A stretch of 64,000 bases of DNA from Lama guanicoe (Eukaryota), in assembly GCA_013239625.1 (NCBI GenBank), contig MU054212.1, positions 2,046,001-2,110,000 on the forward strand, written 5' to 3'. Below, piece by piece: positions 50,593 to 63,641 of this stretch (positions are counted from its first letter, which is position 1; each line of letters begins with the position of its first letter). The notes beneath the pieces were generated by a model, which worked only from the letters and a program-made list of their open reading frames with translations, did not search any database and had not been told where the DNA came from. A program made the position numbers and the translations under genes.

Positions 50593-52699
50593 CAGGTGCC
50601 CAAATACAAAGCATTTGCCCTGAAGAGTGAACGCGCCTCTCCTCCAGCTCCATCTCCCCCTTTTATTGTACAGGATGATTTACTAAAAGTTGAATGTAAA
50701 CTCTTGCACAATTCCTCTTAGGCTTTCTCCAGACGGGGGCACACTTTCTGCTCTACACAGAGAGAGAGGAGGCAGCCACGGAACTGTGCCACACATGCCT
50801 CAGGACTTCGCCGAAGAAAGACAGACAGGAGGGTGGAATGTGCCTGCTTCCGAGGCCTCCCTGTGAACCTCACCCATCACACGAAGCTGGTGCTAGTTAG
50901 GGACTTGCTGAGAGCCTGCTAGGATGCCTGTTAAGCACCTTACATTTGTCACCTACTCAGTCCTGGCTTACACTGGACGAAGGCAGGGGACTCTCACGGG
51001 GCTGCGGACCCTGGATTTGGGCTTTTCTTAAGAGGCCAAGAGGGATGAGAAAGTCACTTTTCCTTCCACCGCCTAGAACATGTACAGCCATGAGAGGTCA
51101 TGCTGGGAATTAGACATTTAGAGACTGAGACGCCTCCCTGTTCTGTCTCGAAGTCCTGGTGCGACGTGGGACGGGGCGCTGCAGCTCTGCGGGGCTGGGA
51201 GACGACGGGCTAGATGGCTGCTCCAGCGTCCTTGCCCCGCTCAGAGCACTGCACCCCTTCTGCCACAGGATGCCCAGCCCCAGCCGGGGCCCACCAGTCA
51301 GGAAACTAAACTGCCACCCTAGCCCAGTATAGCCTCTCTAAGGTGTCCTCTAGAATATCTATTTTAAATTATCTTGAAGTGGAGTTTCCTTTGTCACTTA
51401 CTATCATTTAAGGATATTCCACTCATTAAAAGTGGCCTCACACAATCCTCTTGACTCTCTCCACCCTGATTTTCAATTACTATTTCTTTCACTTCATTTA
51501 GCATTAAGGTGGAAGGAAAAAGTATAAATGGATATTTGAAAGTCATCTGATTGGATATATTAAAGTTTTAGGCTCTGTCTGTACAGAAAGACAACTTTAT
51601 GACAGTTATAATTTAGTTAAAATAAAAAGAAATGGTAGTGTCTACCCAGAGGATCAGACAAATCAGTGCTGAGGTCAACCAGCGGGCAATGACAGAGGCT
51701 GGGTTTCTAAAAGCCCGAAGGGACAGCCGGAGCCCAGCAATCTGGGAGTGGGGACTGGGTGATTTCATGAACTAAATACAGAGAGGACTGGTGACTGAAT
51801 GAGCAAGAGGAGGCGAGAGTAAAGAAAAATAAAGCAAACTGAACAGTTAGGATTCACTGCAGAAAAGAATGAAGAGACAATTAAGAGCAAAGAAAATTCA
51901 GACAATTTGCCCCCAAATCAGGTTTCACATCAAATTAAAGCAGCGGCTAGACACAGCCAGACACGGACTGGTAGTAACAGGCAGTCAGCAGACACGTTCC
52001 CTCTTCACGCCCTCTACTCACACTGCTTCTAGACGGCACAGAATTCCTCTCGGAAGCCTAGATGAAAATGCTTCTAGATAAATTTACTGATGGGCATGGT
52101 GATGCAGAAAATCATCCCCTTGTTCGGCTAATTCCTTTGTAAACCCAAGCCCAGATTTACCTTTTTAATTTAAGGATTATTAATAAATCTACTATGATTA
52201 AACCTTCATAATGATATGTGAATTATTTTTCTCGAGCTCCTCTCCCAAGAACAATTAGCCTACCTTTGCAAATTAGCATTTAGCATTGGCCCTTTTGCAA
52301 AGGACCACGAAGACAAAAACCCGACTTACCAAAAAGATGGTAGAGGCTCTAAAATTAATTAGCTCCACTTTACGTTTCCATGATCTTTTAATTGGAATTT
52401 CTGCGGGAATTTCTCTTTCAGAACTCTCTCTACACTGGGAAAGCAAAGTGGAGCTTGAAATCAAGGGCTGCTTGGCTAGTGGGATGGGACAGGCCACGGC
52501 GGACTGAACCCAGCAGGGACGTCTGCAAGGGACCCACCCGAGCCAGGCCTCTGAAAGCTGTGTCCAGCCACACAGGTATCTGGAAATCCCCACTCATGAA
52601 CTACAGCAAAGACGGATTTTCTAGAACAGGAAAGTTGTATCCCCTGGAGTGAAGGGTTTCCCCACAACAGTGAGAAGACCTTTGAGACTAAGAGTCGCT

Positions 52700-52926
52700 T
52701 ACTAGGTATTTCTCATCTGACGGCTGCTACTCTAAAAGCTTACATGAATTAACTCTAAATTCCTCTAAATTCTCACAACCCTACGAATTAGGTTACTATT
52801 ATTACCCTCACTTACAGATAGAGAAACTGTAGTTCACAGTGATTTCATAATTTGCCCAAGGTCAGTCAGATTAGGATTTCAACCCAGGGAGTCTGGCTTA
52901 ACCCCCCTGCTCTTAACCACCATACT
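52700..52926 (-). mobile_element. MIR SINE
   Basis: tctcacaaccctacgaattaggttactattattaccctcacttacagatagagaaactg...tttgcccaaggtca...ggatttcaacccagggagtctggc...tgctcttaaccac. Confidence 0.88.
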
Positions 52927-52934
52927 CTCTTGAA

Positions 52935-53030
52935 CCATTTACTAAATGTTTGCTAAGCACCTATTATACTTCCAAAAATATGCCTGGGTGCTGGACCCAG
53001 GAGGGTGAAGGGGGACAGACAAGGCCCTGA
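52935..53030 (-). mobile_element. L2 3' terminal fragment
   Basis: catttactaaatgtttgctaagcacctattat...tgcctgggtgctgga...gacagacaaggccctg. Confidence 0.55.
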
Positions 53031-53104
53031 AGCCAGTGCAATGAAAAGACAGAACTAAAAGAATGATGAGAAAAAAGGAAAAAAAAAACAAAACAAACTT
53101 TCTA

Positions 53105-53800
53105 TATCAGACACAAAATCTATTAGTAGCAAGAGAATGCCTGACATAACTGAAGGTTTTAAAATTTTAAACTTCTGTATGGGCAAAATTTTAAAAATTA
53201 CCACTTACAAAGTCCAAAGACAAACTGGGGGAAATGTCTGCGACAGTCAGAAAAAGGACTGATTTTCTTTTTATTAATATGAGCTGCTCTTTCAAACCAA
53301 AAGATAAAAATGCCAAGGAAATAAAACAGCAATTCACCGAAAAATAAATACAAATGGTGTAGAAACATATGAAAAGATGCTCATAATTACAGAAATGCTA
53401 ATTAAAATGTCAGTGAAATACCAGTTTGTTTCACAAGCCACATCAGTAAAGATAAAGTACTTAAACACAGGCACCCTCTAACCCTGCTGCTAATAGCAGT
53501 GTGAACTGGCATTACCTCTGCGGAGGGCACATTTGCAGTATCTATCAAAACGTTCAGTGTGTGTTTCTTTTACCAAGCAATTCCATTTCTCGGACTTTAC
53601 ACCATACATTTATAACCATACATGTCAGCAAGGACGTGTGTTTGCTCAGAGAAGCAACATTTGTAAATAGTAAAGCACACAAACAAGTAAATGAACAGAA
53701 ATAAATGGCAAAACATCATTCAATGGATAGAGTTGTTAGACTAAAGGGGACAGGTTCTAAGTGTTGACATGGAAGGATTTTTAGGAAATATACGTAGGGA
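53105..53800 (+). mobile_element. Ancient L1 (L1ME-like) late ORF2 fragment
   Basis: aaaattttaaacttctgtatgggcaaaa; aaatacaaatggtgtagaaacatatgaaaagatgctca; ttttaccaagcaattccatttctcgga. Confidence 0.8.
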
Positions 53801-53965
53801 GGACAACATAAAAAGCTGCCCCTTTTGCTTGGGGATAAAAGGTACCCGAGATACCCACATGGACACATCGCCGTCTAAGAACGGTCCATTACCACTGGAA
53901 TCCTCCTCCTCCTAAATAACTGTGGAACAGGTATTTAAAGAATAGTTGGAAGCGGCAACACATCA

Positions 53966-54380
53966 CCGATACCCTCTGCTTTTCGAAAGTTCACATTATG
54001 TCACTAAGATTTTATGAAAGATCCACACTAGTACCTGCTTTCCCATATGGAAAGAAATCCAGAGAGGATTTTCAATTTTAGGAAAAAAGGCGAAAGGCAA
54101 AAACAGTGTTGAGCTGTTCTGCAGCTAGTCCAGCCGTCCTAGAGGCAGCAGCCAGAGTGGCACCGAAAGCTCCTTCCCCAGGAACTGCACTGGGCATCTC
54201 AGCATCAAGCCACCAGAGCTTTGAACTGTGTCTGTGAGCATCTGTGCTTTATCTCGATTTATTTTGTGCATCTGTTAGCAAGACGTGTCCTAAGGTAATT
54301 GCTTCTTCGCTTTACGCCAGTTCGGCTTACAAAAGGTTTTCTAGGAATGCTCTACTTTCTGGTAGATGCTGCGGGGAGGA
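53966..54380. mobile_element. Non-autonomous TcMar-Tigger-type DNA transposon (~415 bp)
   Basis: Left end ccgataccctctgcttttcgaaagt and right end actttctggtag...gcggggagg are degenerate inverted termini; the interior (gagctttgaactgtgtctgtgagcatctgtgctttatctcgatttattttgtgcatc) resembles a Tigger derivative I recall from laurasiatherian genomes. Exact family name uncertain. Confidence 0.65.
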
Positions 54381-55139
54381 AGAGGGGCTCTCTATTAGCC
54401 TGTCCATGGTAGGGATGCATATCTCTGAGACTCAGCTTGGGGAATTTTGTGGATTGCGGTACAGGTTAGATATGTGTAGCTTCAAACATCCCCTCGTAGA
54501 CTATTTGCTGGGACTTTGCGAATTATGCCACCATGAGTAGAGACACTAGAAAATATCTTTAAAACTGTGAGCTAAAAATGTACAGGTAGGTAGATCACTG
54601 TTTTTTATAACCTTTCTGCAGTTTTTCTATGTAACTTCCCAATTACAGACTGTACTCATGGATTGTTGATGCACTGCCATAGTCTAGTATTTACTAAGCT
54701 CCTTGATGTGGCAATAGTGCTAAGAACTTGCAAAGATCACAAGCAGAAACATATTATATGATTTGTATATAGTTTCCTAAATGTCTATGAGGTGAAGCAG
54801 AGAGGAGAGTTGTTACATTGTCTTATGATGTCAAAATGAGTGAGTTTATCCCATATTTAGATACCATTATAAGAATTAAAAGAAATGCATTTATTTAGAA
54901 TAAATAGATCTAAGTGATGAAAAGCTCAACGAATATAGGTAGGGTAGTTTACTTAGAGTGGAAGAACTAAGCTCATGTACAAAGGATGGCCAGAACTCGG
55001 ACACCAGTCAGCCATGCTCAAATAATATAAAATAGGTGCCACTTGTATGAACTGAAAGTATACTATTGTTGCACAACTAAGTACATTTCGGAGTTAAACA
55101 ACAGTAAGAGGGACACAAAGAATCATCTAAAAGTGTCTT

Positions 55140-55256
55140 CAGTGACTGTTAGCTCTGTGAAACCCACCAGCAACTGGGTCTAACCCATTCCTTACTGTGT
55201 CCTTAGTACCCGACACATACTTGATGGTCAGTAAGAATTCCTGTAGAATGCATGAG
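55140..55256 (+). mobile_element. L2 3' terminal fragment
   Basis: gactgttagctctgtga...tactgtgtccttagtacccgacacata...cagtaagaattcctgtagaatgcatga. Confidence 0.55.
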
Positions 55257-55559
55257 CATGCTCAGCAGTTTTCATTCGAAAACATATTGAACCTCAGATT
55301 TGGTTTGAACGTGCTTCCTCTAGGATTCTTCCCTTTTTTTTCCGTCCAATAAATGTTTACAACTTTATTTCTTCAAAAAAGTCAAACTACAAGCACCTGT
55401 AAATAAGGTAATATAATCACATGACAAAACCACAGATCAAACCACTGATCTGTGAATCTGAATTTCATAATGCTCAACAAAATACTATCAAGTGATTGAA
55501 ATGCAAATGTATAGTAAAATAGCTATTTATTCTAGTGATACACTAATACTTTAGCATAG

Positions 55560-55800
55560 GATCTTCCCTTGACCTGACTTATCTATGAAATGTTCTCACA
55601 ACACCCAGTACTTTCCCTTCATCTGACTGTAAATTACCAGTGTCTACTGAATCGTTCATTTAATGTGTTTCCACTGCTTGGTTGTGACGTTACAAGAATA
55701 CAGACCCTACCTGTCTCCATCATCACATCCCCAACTCCTAGCACTTTGAGACTGGTAAATGATGGATGTGCAATAAATATTTGTTGATTAAACAAATGAG
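55560..55800 (+). mobile_element. L2 3' fragment
   Basis: cagaccctacctgtctcc...catccccaactcctagcac...gtgcaataaatatttgttgattaaacaaatga. Confidence 0.75.
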
Positions 55801-55811
55801 GGTATTAATAC

Positions 55812-56070
55812 ACTTGTTTGTGCATTTGTATGCTTGTTTGTTTACCATCTAGTTTTAGGCTATGGGGATTCAAAGAAAAGAAACATAGAAACCGGCTCTC
55901 AAAGGGCTTATGGACAAACCAGAAAACCGAGTCAGTACCATAGTCTCCGTGATATGTGAGATACAGAGGGGATGATAAAGAGAAGTGTCGTTTTAACCTG
56001 AGTGAGTCAGAAAAAGCCACCCAGAAGATGTGAGATGAATCTTAAGAAATGAAAACAAGAGTCAAGCCTT
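55812..56070 (-). mobile_element. L2 3' fragment, tail-to-tail with the previous one
   Basis: ttttaggctatggggattcaaagaaaagaaacatagaaaccggctctcaaagggctta...gagtcagaaaaagccacccagaaga...gagatgaatcttaagaaatga. Confidence 0.6.
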
Positions 56071-56838
56071 TATGCTGGTACAAAATCTACCTGAGAATCC
56101 TCAGTCTAAGCCTAGAAGAGTGAAGCTGGGAAAAATCATAAAGGTTTGGGACACGCTGCTTTATGAAAATGGTACCAGCATTTGGGCAAGTGGATGGACA
56201 TGAATTGAAGACAAGGAGCCAAGGTAAGTCAAACTAAATTTAAAGGCTGTCCTTAAAGCAACACACTTTGACCTTGGCTCAAACATTTGTACTGCTGCAG
56301 GTTCACACTGTCCCACTGCAAAAATCCACCCAAGAACCAGGCATACATCGAACTGGTCACACACTCATACATCAGCACAAGTTCTGGTCCAGAGTAGCTG
56401 CTTCGATTAGGGCTGCTCCCAGTGAGATATGACAAATTCCTAGTGGGGCGAATTGGTCATTGGCCCAAGGTTCTCATCTAGAAGCTGCAAACTGCTCTAT
56501 GGGAATTCCAGCACTTGAACACAATCAGATTCCTTGTAAAGGCCCTGAGAATGGATCAGTGTGTAATACATGTGTTCTTCTACGTTATTTCCCTAATCAG
56601 GGGGTCTGGACAGGAAATCACAGTGGAAGTAAGAACACCTAACCTCTGCTGTTTGATCTTGTTCCACCAGCTGCAACTCAGTCTTCACGTTTACCATTTT
56701 AAAAGCATGCCTGCCCCATTAATATGAATTATTGATCAACTTGCAAGAGTTACAATTTCTCAATATGAGAAATTCTACATTCTGAGAATATCAGAGAGAG
56801 AAGGGAACTCAGAAGTCATCAACACATTCATTTGGTTA

Positions 56839-56870
56839 TAAATAAATAAAGAAAGAAATAAATAAAGAAA

Positions 56871-56913
<43 letters not shown>

Positions 56914-56914
56914 A
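56839..56914. repeat. (TAAA)n tetranucleotide microsatellite with GAAA variants
   Basis: About 19 units read directly. Confidence 0.95.
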
Positions 56915-57891
56915 GTAATATAGTAATTTTTGTTCCATGGAAGTTTACTGAGCACTTAGGATGAATCAGGTACCTGGCTGAGCACTCTCCTGGCCTGGGG
57001 GACACAGAGGCAAAGACAGAACTGGGAATCCATCCCACGGGTCTGCTAGCCCATCACACTCACACTGGGTTTTAAATATGCAAATCAGCAAGTATAAAAA
57101 ACAGTTACATTTAACGGGAGCTATAAAATGATGTTATTATCTGGTAATGGTTTTATTTTGAAGATTAAAAATTTGGTATAATGATGCAATACTTATGTAA
57201 ATGACCTATATGATTTTGGAGGAGGCATAAGGGATTTCATGTGAATCGTCTTTTTCTTCGGTCAGTTACACTCCACCATCACCATTGATTCTGCACTCAC
57301 ATCTTTGAACATGAAGACCATCAAGACATCCAATATCATTATCCCTAAATTGTCTGATGTTTAAGATCTATGATTCTGTAAAAGTTTATTTCAAGGCATT
57401 CACCTATCTCCCTGGGGAAAAATAATTAAGCCTGCACTATGGATGTTTCAATACCAACTAATTTCATTCTTTAGTGTTCTATTCCTGAATGTTTAACAGA
57501 ATGAATTCCTCATGACTTGTTTCACCTCAATTTTATACAGCAGGAACGCATAACTGAGGCTTAGTTTTGCTGTTTTTTAATATTAATATTAATACACATT
57601 CTCCAAGAGCTTCTAATTATTTTAAGGATGTCATAAGTTCTTTGAAAAAATTTTTAAATTAACTTTTGTATCACACAATTAACTTTCAGAAACATTATCC
57701 AGATCTTTTAGGAGAGGCAAAAGATATTGCAAAATCAATGACCCAATATCCAAAGAGTTGGAAAAAAATATTCTATATGTTGTACTTAGTGGTTTCAGTC
57801 CAAGTGGGCATATCTACCTTTTTTTTAATCATGGAAAACATAGCTCACTATTCTCAAAAAGTGTAACTCACCAAACTTTCAGTGCCAAAGT

Positions 57892-57993
57892 TTTTTTTAA
57901 CTGAGGTACCATCAGTTATAATATGTCAATTTCTGGTATGCAGCACAGTGTCCCAGTCATGCATACACATACATATATTCATCTTCATACTCT
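57892..57993 (-). mobile_element. Very short L1 3' end, camelid/artiodactyl type
   Basis: T8 then aactgaggtaccatcagttataatatgtcaatttctggtatgcagcacagtgtcccagtcatgcatacacatacatatattc. Confidence 0.75.
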
Positions 57994-58149
57994 CAAAAAT
58001 GTTTTTAAACTCACTTTATGTAACTTTTTAAACTGACCCCACTTGCTGAAAAGTGAATATACCATACACATGTATCCCCCGCCACTCATGTCTCTTCCTT
58101 CCGCCAAAATTAAAAGACAATGGAAGGTATTTAAAATCTCATCCAGTTT

Positions 58150-58290
58150 TCTAGACCATAAGCTTCATAAGAGGAAACCTTATGTTTGTTTGGTTCACAA
58201 CTGAATATACAGAACTTAGTCCAGTGCCTGGGACAAAATAAGCACTAGAAAAAAACAAACAAAAACAACTTGTTAAGTGATGAAATGAGC
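58150..58290 (+). mobile_element. L2 3' terminal fragment
   Basis: ctagaccataagcttcataagaggaaacc...ggttcacaactgaatatacagaacttagtccagtgcctgggacaaaataagcact. Confidence 0.75.
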
Positions 58291-60577
58291 CCTCTCATTC
58301 TACGGAGAGGAAATCCAAATCCTGGAGAACACAGGATGAGTACTTGCCAAAAGTGCAGACAGCAAATCAGAGCTCGGCCCCCGTGCCCTTTCCACACCAC
58401 AGCCATCTCTTTACTAGCACTAATATCCAAGTCACAATGCTTATGACCATAACTAATCGTTTCTGTTTTTATTCTCAACTCTCTCCAAGAATTAACAAGC
58501 ATTCCCTTGAGTCCACAGTTCTTTTTAACCCTTGCCTCTTGTCGGCAAAAAAATGCATCTAACTTTGCGTATTGTGCGCTGACAGCCCCAAATCACCCTC
58601 CACACAGCAATTTCAGGCTCCACACATCAGCTTATGAACAAAACGTTCACGTGAACTCAAGACGGCACCACCTTCCCAGCCAATAGTTCCATTGTGGCTT
58701 CTCTGGTACTTGGTAGAGTGATGTTTGTGAATACGTAATTGCCTTTTTAAAATGTAGAAAAATAAGAAAAGATAAAAATGTGATACTAGTGATACAAAGC
58801 ACATGTCTGATAAACCTACAGCAAATGAGACAAGCTAAATCATTAGGAATGCTGAAAGCAATTGCTATTTAAAGATATTCACACAATACTAGACCTAATC
58901 CGGTTCTATTATGAAGGAAAAGGATAATATTAAAGAACATGTATGAAATGCTAGAAATTGTTTCTAAAAGTCAATAAATTGTTTCAAAAGTTGTAGTATT
59001 TTTGTTTTTAGATTCCTGGTCACATCACCCTCTGTAGTACAGTAATTTATTGTTCACCTTACAGACCCCTTAGCTCTTCACAGGTTTTCACAAACATACT
59101 CTGTGTGAATATATGGGACTGTCTATACTCGAGAATGAGAACCACGAATCCTTCGTCCTGGTCAGGTAAATCACCTTCCCTCTTGATCTATCTCTCATAG
59201 TGCAGTGATAGGATAAGAAATTTGGGGAGAAGCTAATCATGAGAAAGGAAAAGGTTATAAAAACAGTGAAATAATGCCACTCAATGGTAAAGTGATTTTT
59301 AATTTATAAAAGGAAATTCTATTCCTCAACAATGGTATCAATTTTTATTAGGCAAAATCCAATTCAATCCATGTTTTCCTTAAAAAGTGATTAATGCAGA
59401 TGGATTTGCTAGCCAAAATGTATTTGAAATGGAACGTTAAGAGTACATTTGTGTGCGTGCATATTGCTTAAATGTATTTCTCATACTGAGTTGTGATAAC
59501 TGAAACCTTTTGGTTTCACAAATATAAAAATTTTTATTGAAACCAAAACACCAAAACATAATTTCTGCAGAATTATGAAAATGAATATTCTGAATGTCAA
59601 TCACTGGTTCATATTCGGCCTGAGAGAGCTCTGCTCATGCATGAATAGTATATGCTTTCCACACCAAATCATCTTCATTTGAAAACAAGACTGCATGCTC
59701 AACACATTTTCAACATATATACATGTAACTGACAGATTTACATACATATTTTTCTTTTCAGAACTTTCCAAAGCATTTACCATCCCATGAAATTAACATA
59801 TATGGTATCCAAGAATAATAATTTTTAAATATATGCATTTGTCTTTGTTTGCTTTTTAGCCTTCTAAGAAAGGGGAATTTCTAGACAGTCATATTTGAAT
59901 CTGGATTTCTTTTAATGACCAAATTATAAACCTCTGCAATCAGACATCTCGAGTAGAAATGCCAACTGTAGTGTGTGCTGCCACAAAAATGACACCCCTA
60001 AGATCAGCCCAGCGCTTGGAGCTGTGACAGGGTCCCCAGGCAGCTGGGGAACTGCTGCTTGATCATTATCCCTGCTAACACTGAAGCTACTGAAGTTTTA
60101 AAGAATTCGTATCTTACTGAATTTCTTTCATCTCTAATAATTACTAAACTGGCATAATTACTTATACCAGAGGTGGAATGTGATGCATGCTAAAAGCCCA
60201 AGCTGCCTAAAATTAAAGTTTAAAAAAAAAAAAAAAAGCCACGATTCTACTTAGTTTTCAAAGATTTATCTTGTGTCAGGCTTTTATGCCAAGAGTTGCA
60301 TAATTATTTAAGCCATTTAAAAGCTTTCCTTACACTATTTGATTAATACTATAACAGAGCTATTTAAATTTACTAATGTTAACTTTAATGTTTAAGTTTT
60401 AATTGCTTTGTAATAACATTGTTGCAGAACGTATTTTAAATCAGACAAGTACACTTTCATTACAGCAAACAAGGTATATACAATCTCAGCTAGTGTGCCA
60501 TGTAATCCCCAAACAAAAAGCAGGAACATATTTCAGATTTAATTGAAATGGGATTAGAAACTTGCATTAACCCCCCC

Positions 60578-60578
<1 letters not shown>

Positions 60579-60612
<34 letters not shown>
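60579..60612. repeat. (AC)17 microsatellite
   Basis: Perfect AC run. Confidence 0.95.
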
Positions 60613-60618
<6 letters not shown>

Positions 60619-63611
60619 ACTTTAACCTCAGACAGCACAACAGGAGTTAATGGAGAAAAAAATTAAATACATCTGGGAAAATACTTAGCAAGAGGTTTGA
60701 TTTAGAATATCAGCCTTTGTATCAAAATCTCATTCAATTCAAGAGCATTCTTTAACATAGTACTTAATGACAACATTTACATTTTTAAAAATCCGTAAGG
60801 CTGCTAAAACATGATGTAAGTGTTATAAGTCTTAAAATTATTTTCTCTTAAAAATAACTAAAAACTCAACATAGTCTCTATTAAATCCAGCTATAAAGAA
60901 TGTATTGTAATGGCAACAGAATTAATGACATCAAACCAGCAATGTGAATTCTGTCAGATGAATTAATAAAGCACTGTAATAGGAAAAACAGATCTTTCAT
61001 AAAATTCTTAATTGATCTTGGTAGAATTGCTCTTTTCTACTATCAAAACCTCATTCTCCTCATTGCATGGTTTACATCAAAATGAAAACTCAAGCTAGTA
61101 TATTTAATACTGTTTCAATTTATGTCAACAAGTATTTCACTAGAATTTACTAGATTAGCCAATTCTCATTGACTTCCTTTAAAAATGAGGGGAGCAAAAA
61201 TATTCCTATAAGAGGAAGAGAAATATCATACATATATGCTATAAGACTTGCAATGACCCAAACAAGCAAGCAAAAAGAACTAAGTAAATTGTTGGAAACA
61301 AAAAGTTGAAAAATTCTGTTTTCAGTATTAGATGTCACACTGTCAATAACTACGATGGATTTTAAGGGATATGGGAATACTCTGGCAAAACAAAAAAGAA
61401 AAATTATTAACAGCTTGCTTTATAAAAAGCTGCTAATCTCAAATCCCTTTGTAATTTCATTTTTACATGTATGCTTTTATGTTCAATATCCTATTTTTTG
61501 CCCTTTTTTGACTGGATGAATAAAAGCCAATAATCCACTCATGCATCAAACAGATGTTTTTGTTTTTAAGTCCAAATGGAATCTTATGAATTTTTGTGCC
61601 CTTCCTCTAAGAAGATGCTGCCAGAACTGTTGAAATTGTGAAACCAGCATTTTGGAAAAGACTTACTGGGCCATCAGTTCTGGAAGTTTGACTAGCACTC
61701 ATGGGATTCGTGCCAACTGTAATTGCTGTTTTTGTTTATGTCGGATTGTCTACTGATTGGACTATAATCAATTTAATGACTTCAACATCTAGTCAGTATA
61801 ATTTAGAGGTAGTAGAAGGAAGAAACAGTCACTGCTTGATAGATGCATAAAAGTACAACTGCAACTGTTTGAAGGGAGTAAGGATGTCAAACACTGAGCT
61901 TCTGCAGGGCTTCCAATAATCAGGCTTTTTAGCATCTAAACCAAAAAGTAAACGCATACATTGCTATGTGCTGCACAATTAGTAGAGTATTTTGCCCTCG
62001 CAATTATGAAAAAGTATACAGATATTTTCTTAATTAAAAAAGAAACCTACCTTAGTTTAAATCTAATTATTAAAAAGGGAGTCACGCTTAATTTATCTAA
62101 AAATAACTTTGAGCAAACAGCTATATTGTAGGTTTTAATTAAAAGCAAACTATCACTTTCTTTTCACACAAAATTTAGATCTTTTTTTCTTACTCTGGCA
62201 TGATTTCCAAAACCAAACTGAATCTCTAGTGGTAAGAATATTTTTTAAATAAAGCACATGGAGCATAAGAGAACTACTTTTTTATTGTTGTTGTTATCCT
62301 TCACCTGTCTACCTATAAGAAAATATATTTTGACTTTGAAAAAAATGTGTTTAAAAAAGAGCTGGAGAGTTTGTTTCTATTAAATTTAGGGGCGGGTACA
62401 AGCTCCCTGCAGTGGCTTTTTTAACACCTACAATTTCGAGAGCTTTTTCACCAGAGAATACAGCCTAATAGATAGGTTTTGTGACTTTCAAAAGGTTATA
62501 GACTTAAAACCCATTGCCTTTTCTTTCAAATTCTATAGTTTACATTTCTTCTTTAAATTGAGAGCTGAATTTTTGCCACTTCATTATATTTCTAAATAAA
62601 TTACTTCTCCTTAGGAAAAAAAAACACACTTTATAAGTACAAAAGAAAGTAAATGGGAAAAAGGAAAAAGGTCAATCATAAGTGTGATAACTTCAAAATG
62701 TGCCAAGTGACAAAGGGTTAGCTACTGTGACAGCCAAGTTAAACAAGGCATTTTGGGGCTCTCTTTCTCCCCAGTTCCCACCATTTCTCCCCAGAGACCC
62801 CTGGTATGGGTTTATGAACACCTGAGGGCCCCGATCTCCTAATTGTGTCTTGTGTTTAACTTGGCCATTTAACTGTCTAAGTGCTCCCCTCTCTCCTTCC
62901 CAGCTTTATAACTTGGCTCTTACTGAATATATCACACCTTTATGAAGTGGACCACTTTTTCCTTCTTACAAGTGCTTTTTGGAGTAAGTTTCCAAAAAAT
63001 TGTTTTTATCAGGTAAAATGGCTGAGAAACTTCCATCAGAGAAGCACCACAAGAAATAGAATAAAGAGCCAGCAAGAAAAATAGAAATAGGTCACAATTG
63101 ACCAATTTTATGCAACTGATTTGCTGCCTCTGAAAACAAGCTGACAGTAGAACTATTTTCAGGCAGGTGATCTGCTCAGATACCATGTCTACTCTCAGGA
63201 ATTGAGATAAATATCCAAATAGTACAAATGGGGGAGAAGGCGACTCATTCAACTGTCTGACCATCCATGCCACTAAATACTGGCTTCAACTCCTGTCTCA
63301 TTAAATATAGAAAGAATTATTCTGAAGATCTGTAGCATAAAGACAGAATAAGTTTCTTGACTTTGTGTGTGGACTGAGAGAATTTTGATGCTAGGGCTTT
63401 GAGAGGCAGGAGGGGTAAAAGAGTTCCATGTTTCAAAATATAGTTCACAGCTTTCACCAACAGAAAAAATGAATCTTTTTGGTGTTTAACAGTTGTAATG
63501 CCCTTTAGAAGTAAGGAGACCAAACAGGGCAGGCTCCACTGCAGCCAGAAACCTGGGGTCCCCACTCCCAGGGGGTGGGCTATTAGGATAATTACACAAA
63601 AGTTTGCTACG

Positions 63612-63641
63612 AACAACAACAATAACAACAACAACAACAAC
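63612..63641. repeat. (AAC)10 microsatellite with one AAT variant
   Basis: aacaacaacaataacaacaacaacaacaac. Confidence 0.95.

Noticed and set aside
51130..51300. GC/CpG-rich patch as a possible CpG-island promoter
   Set aside because: Under 200 bp with few CpGs and no promoter evidence.
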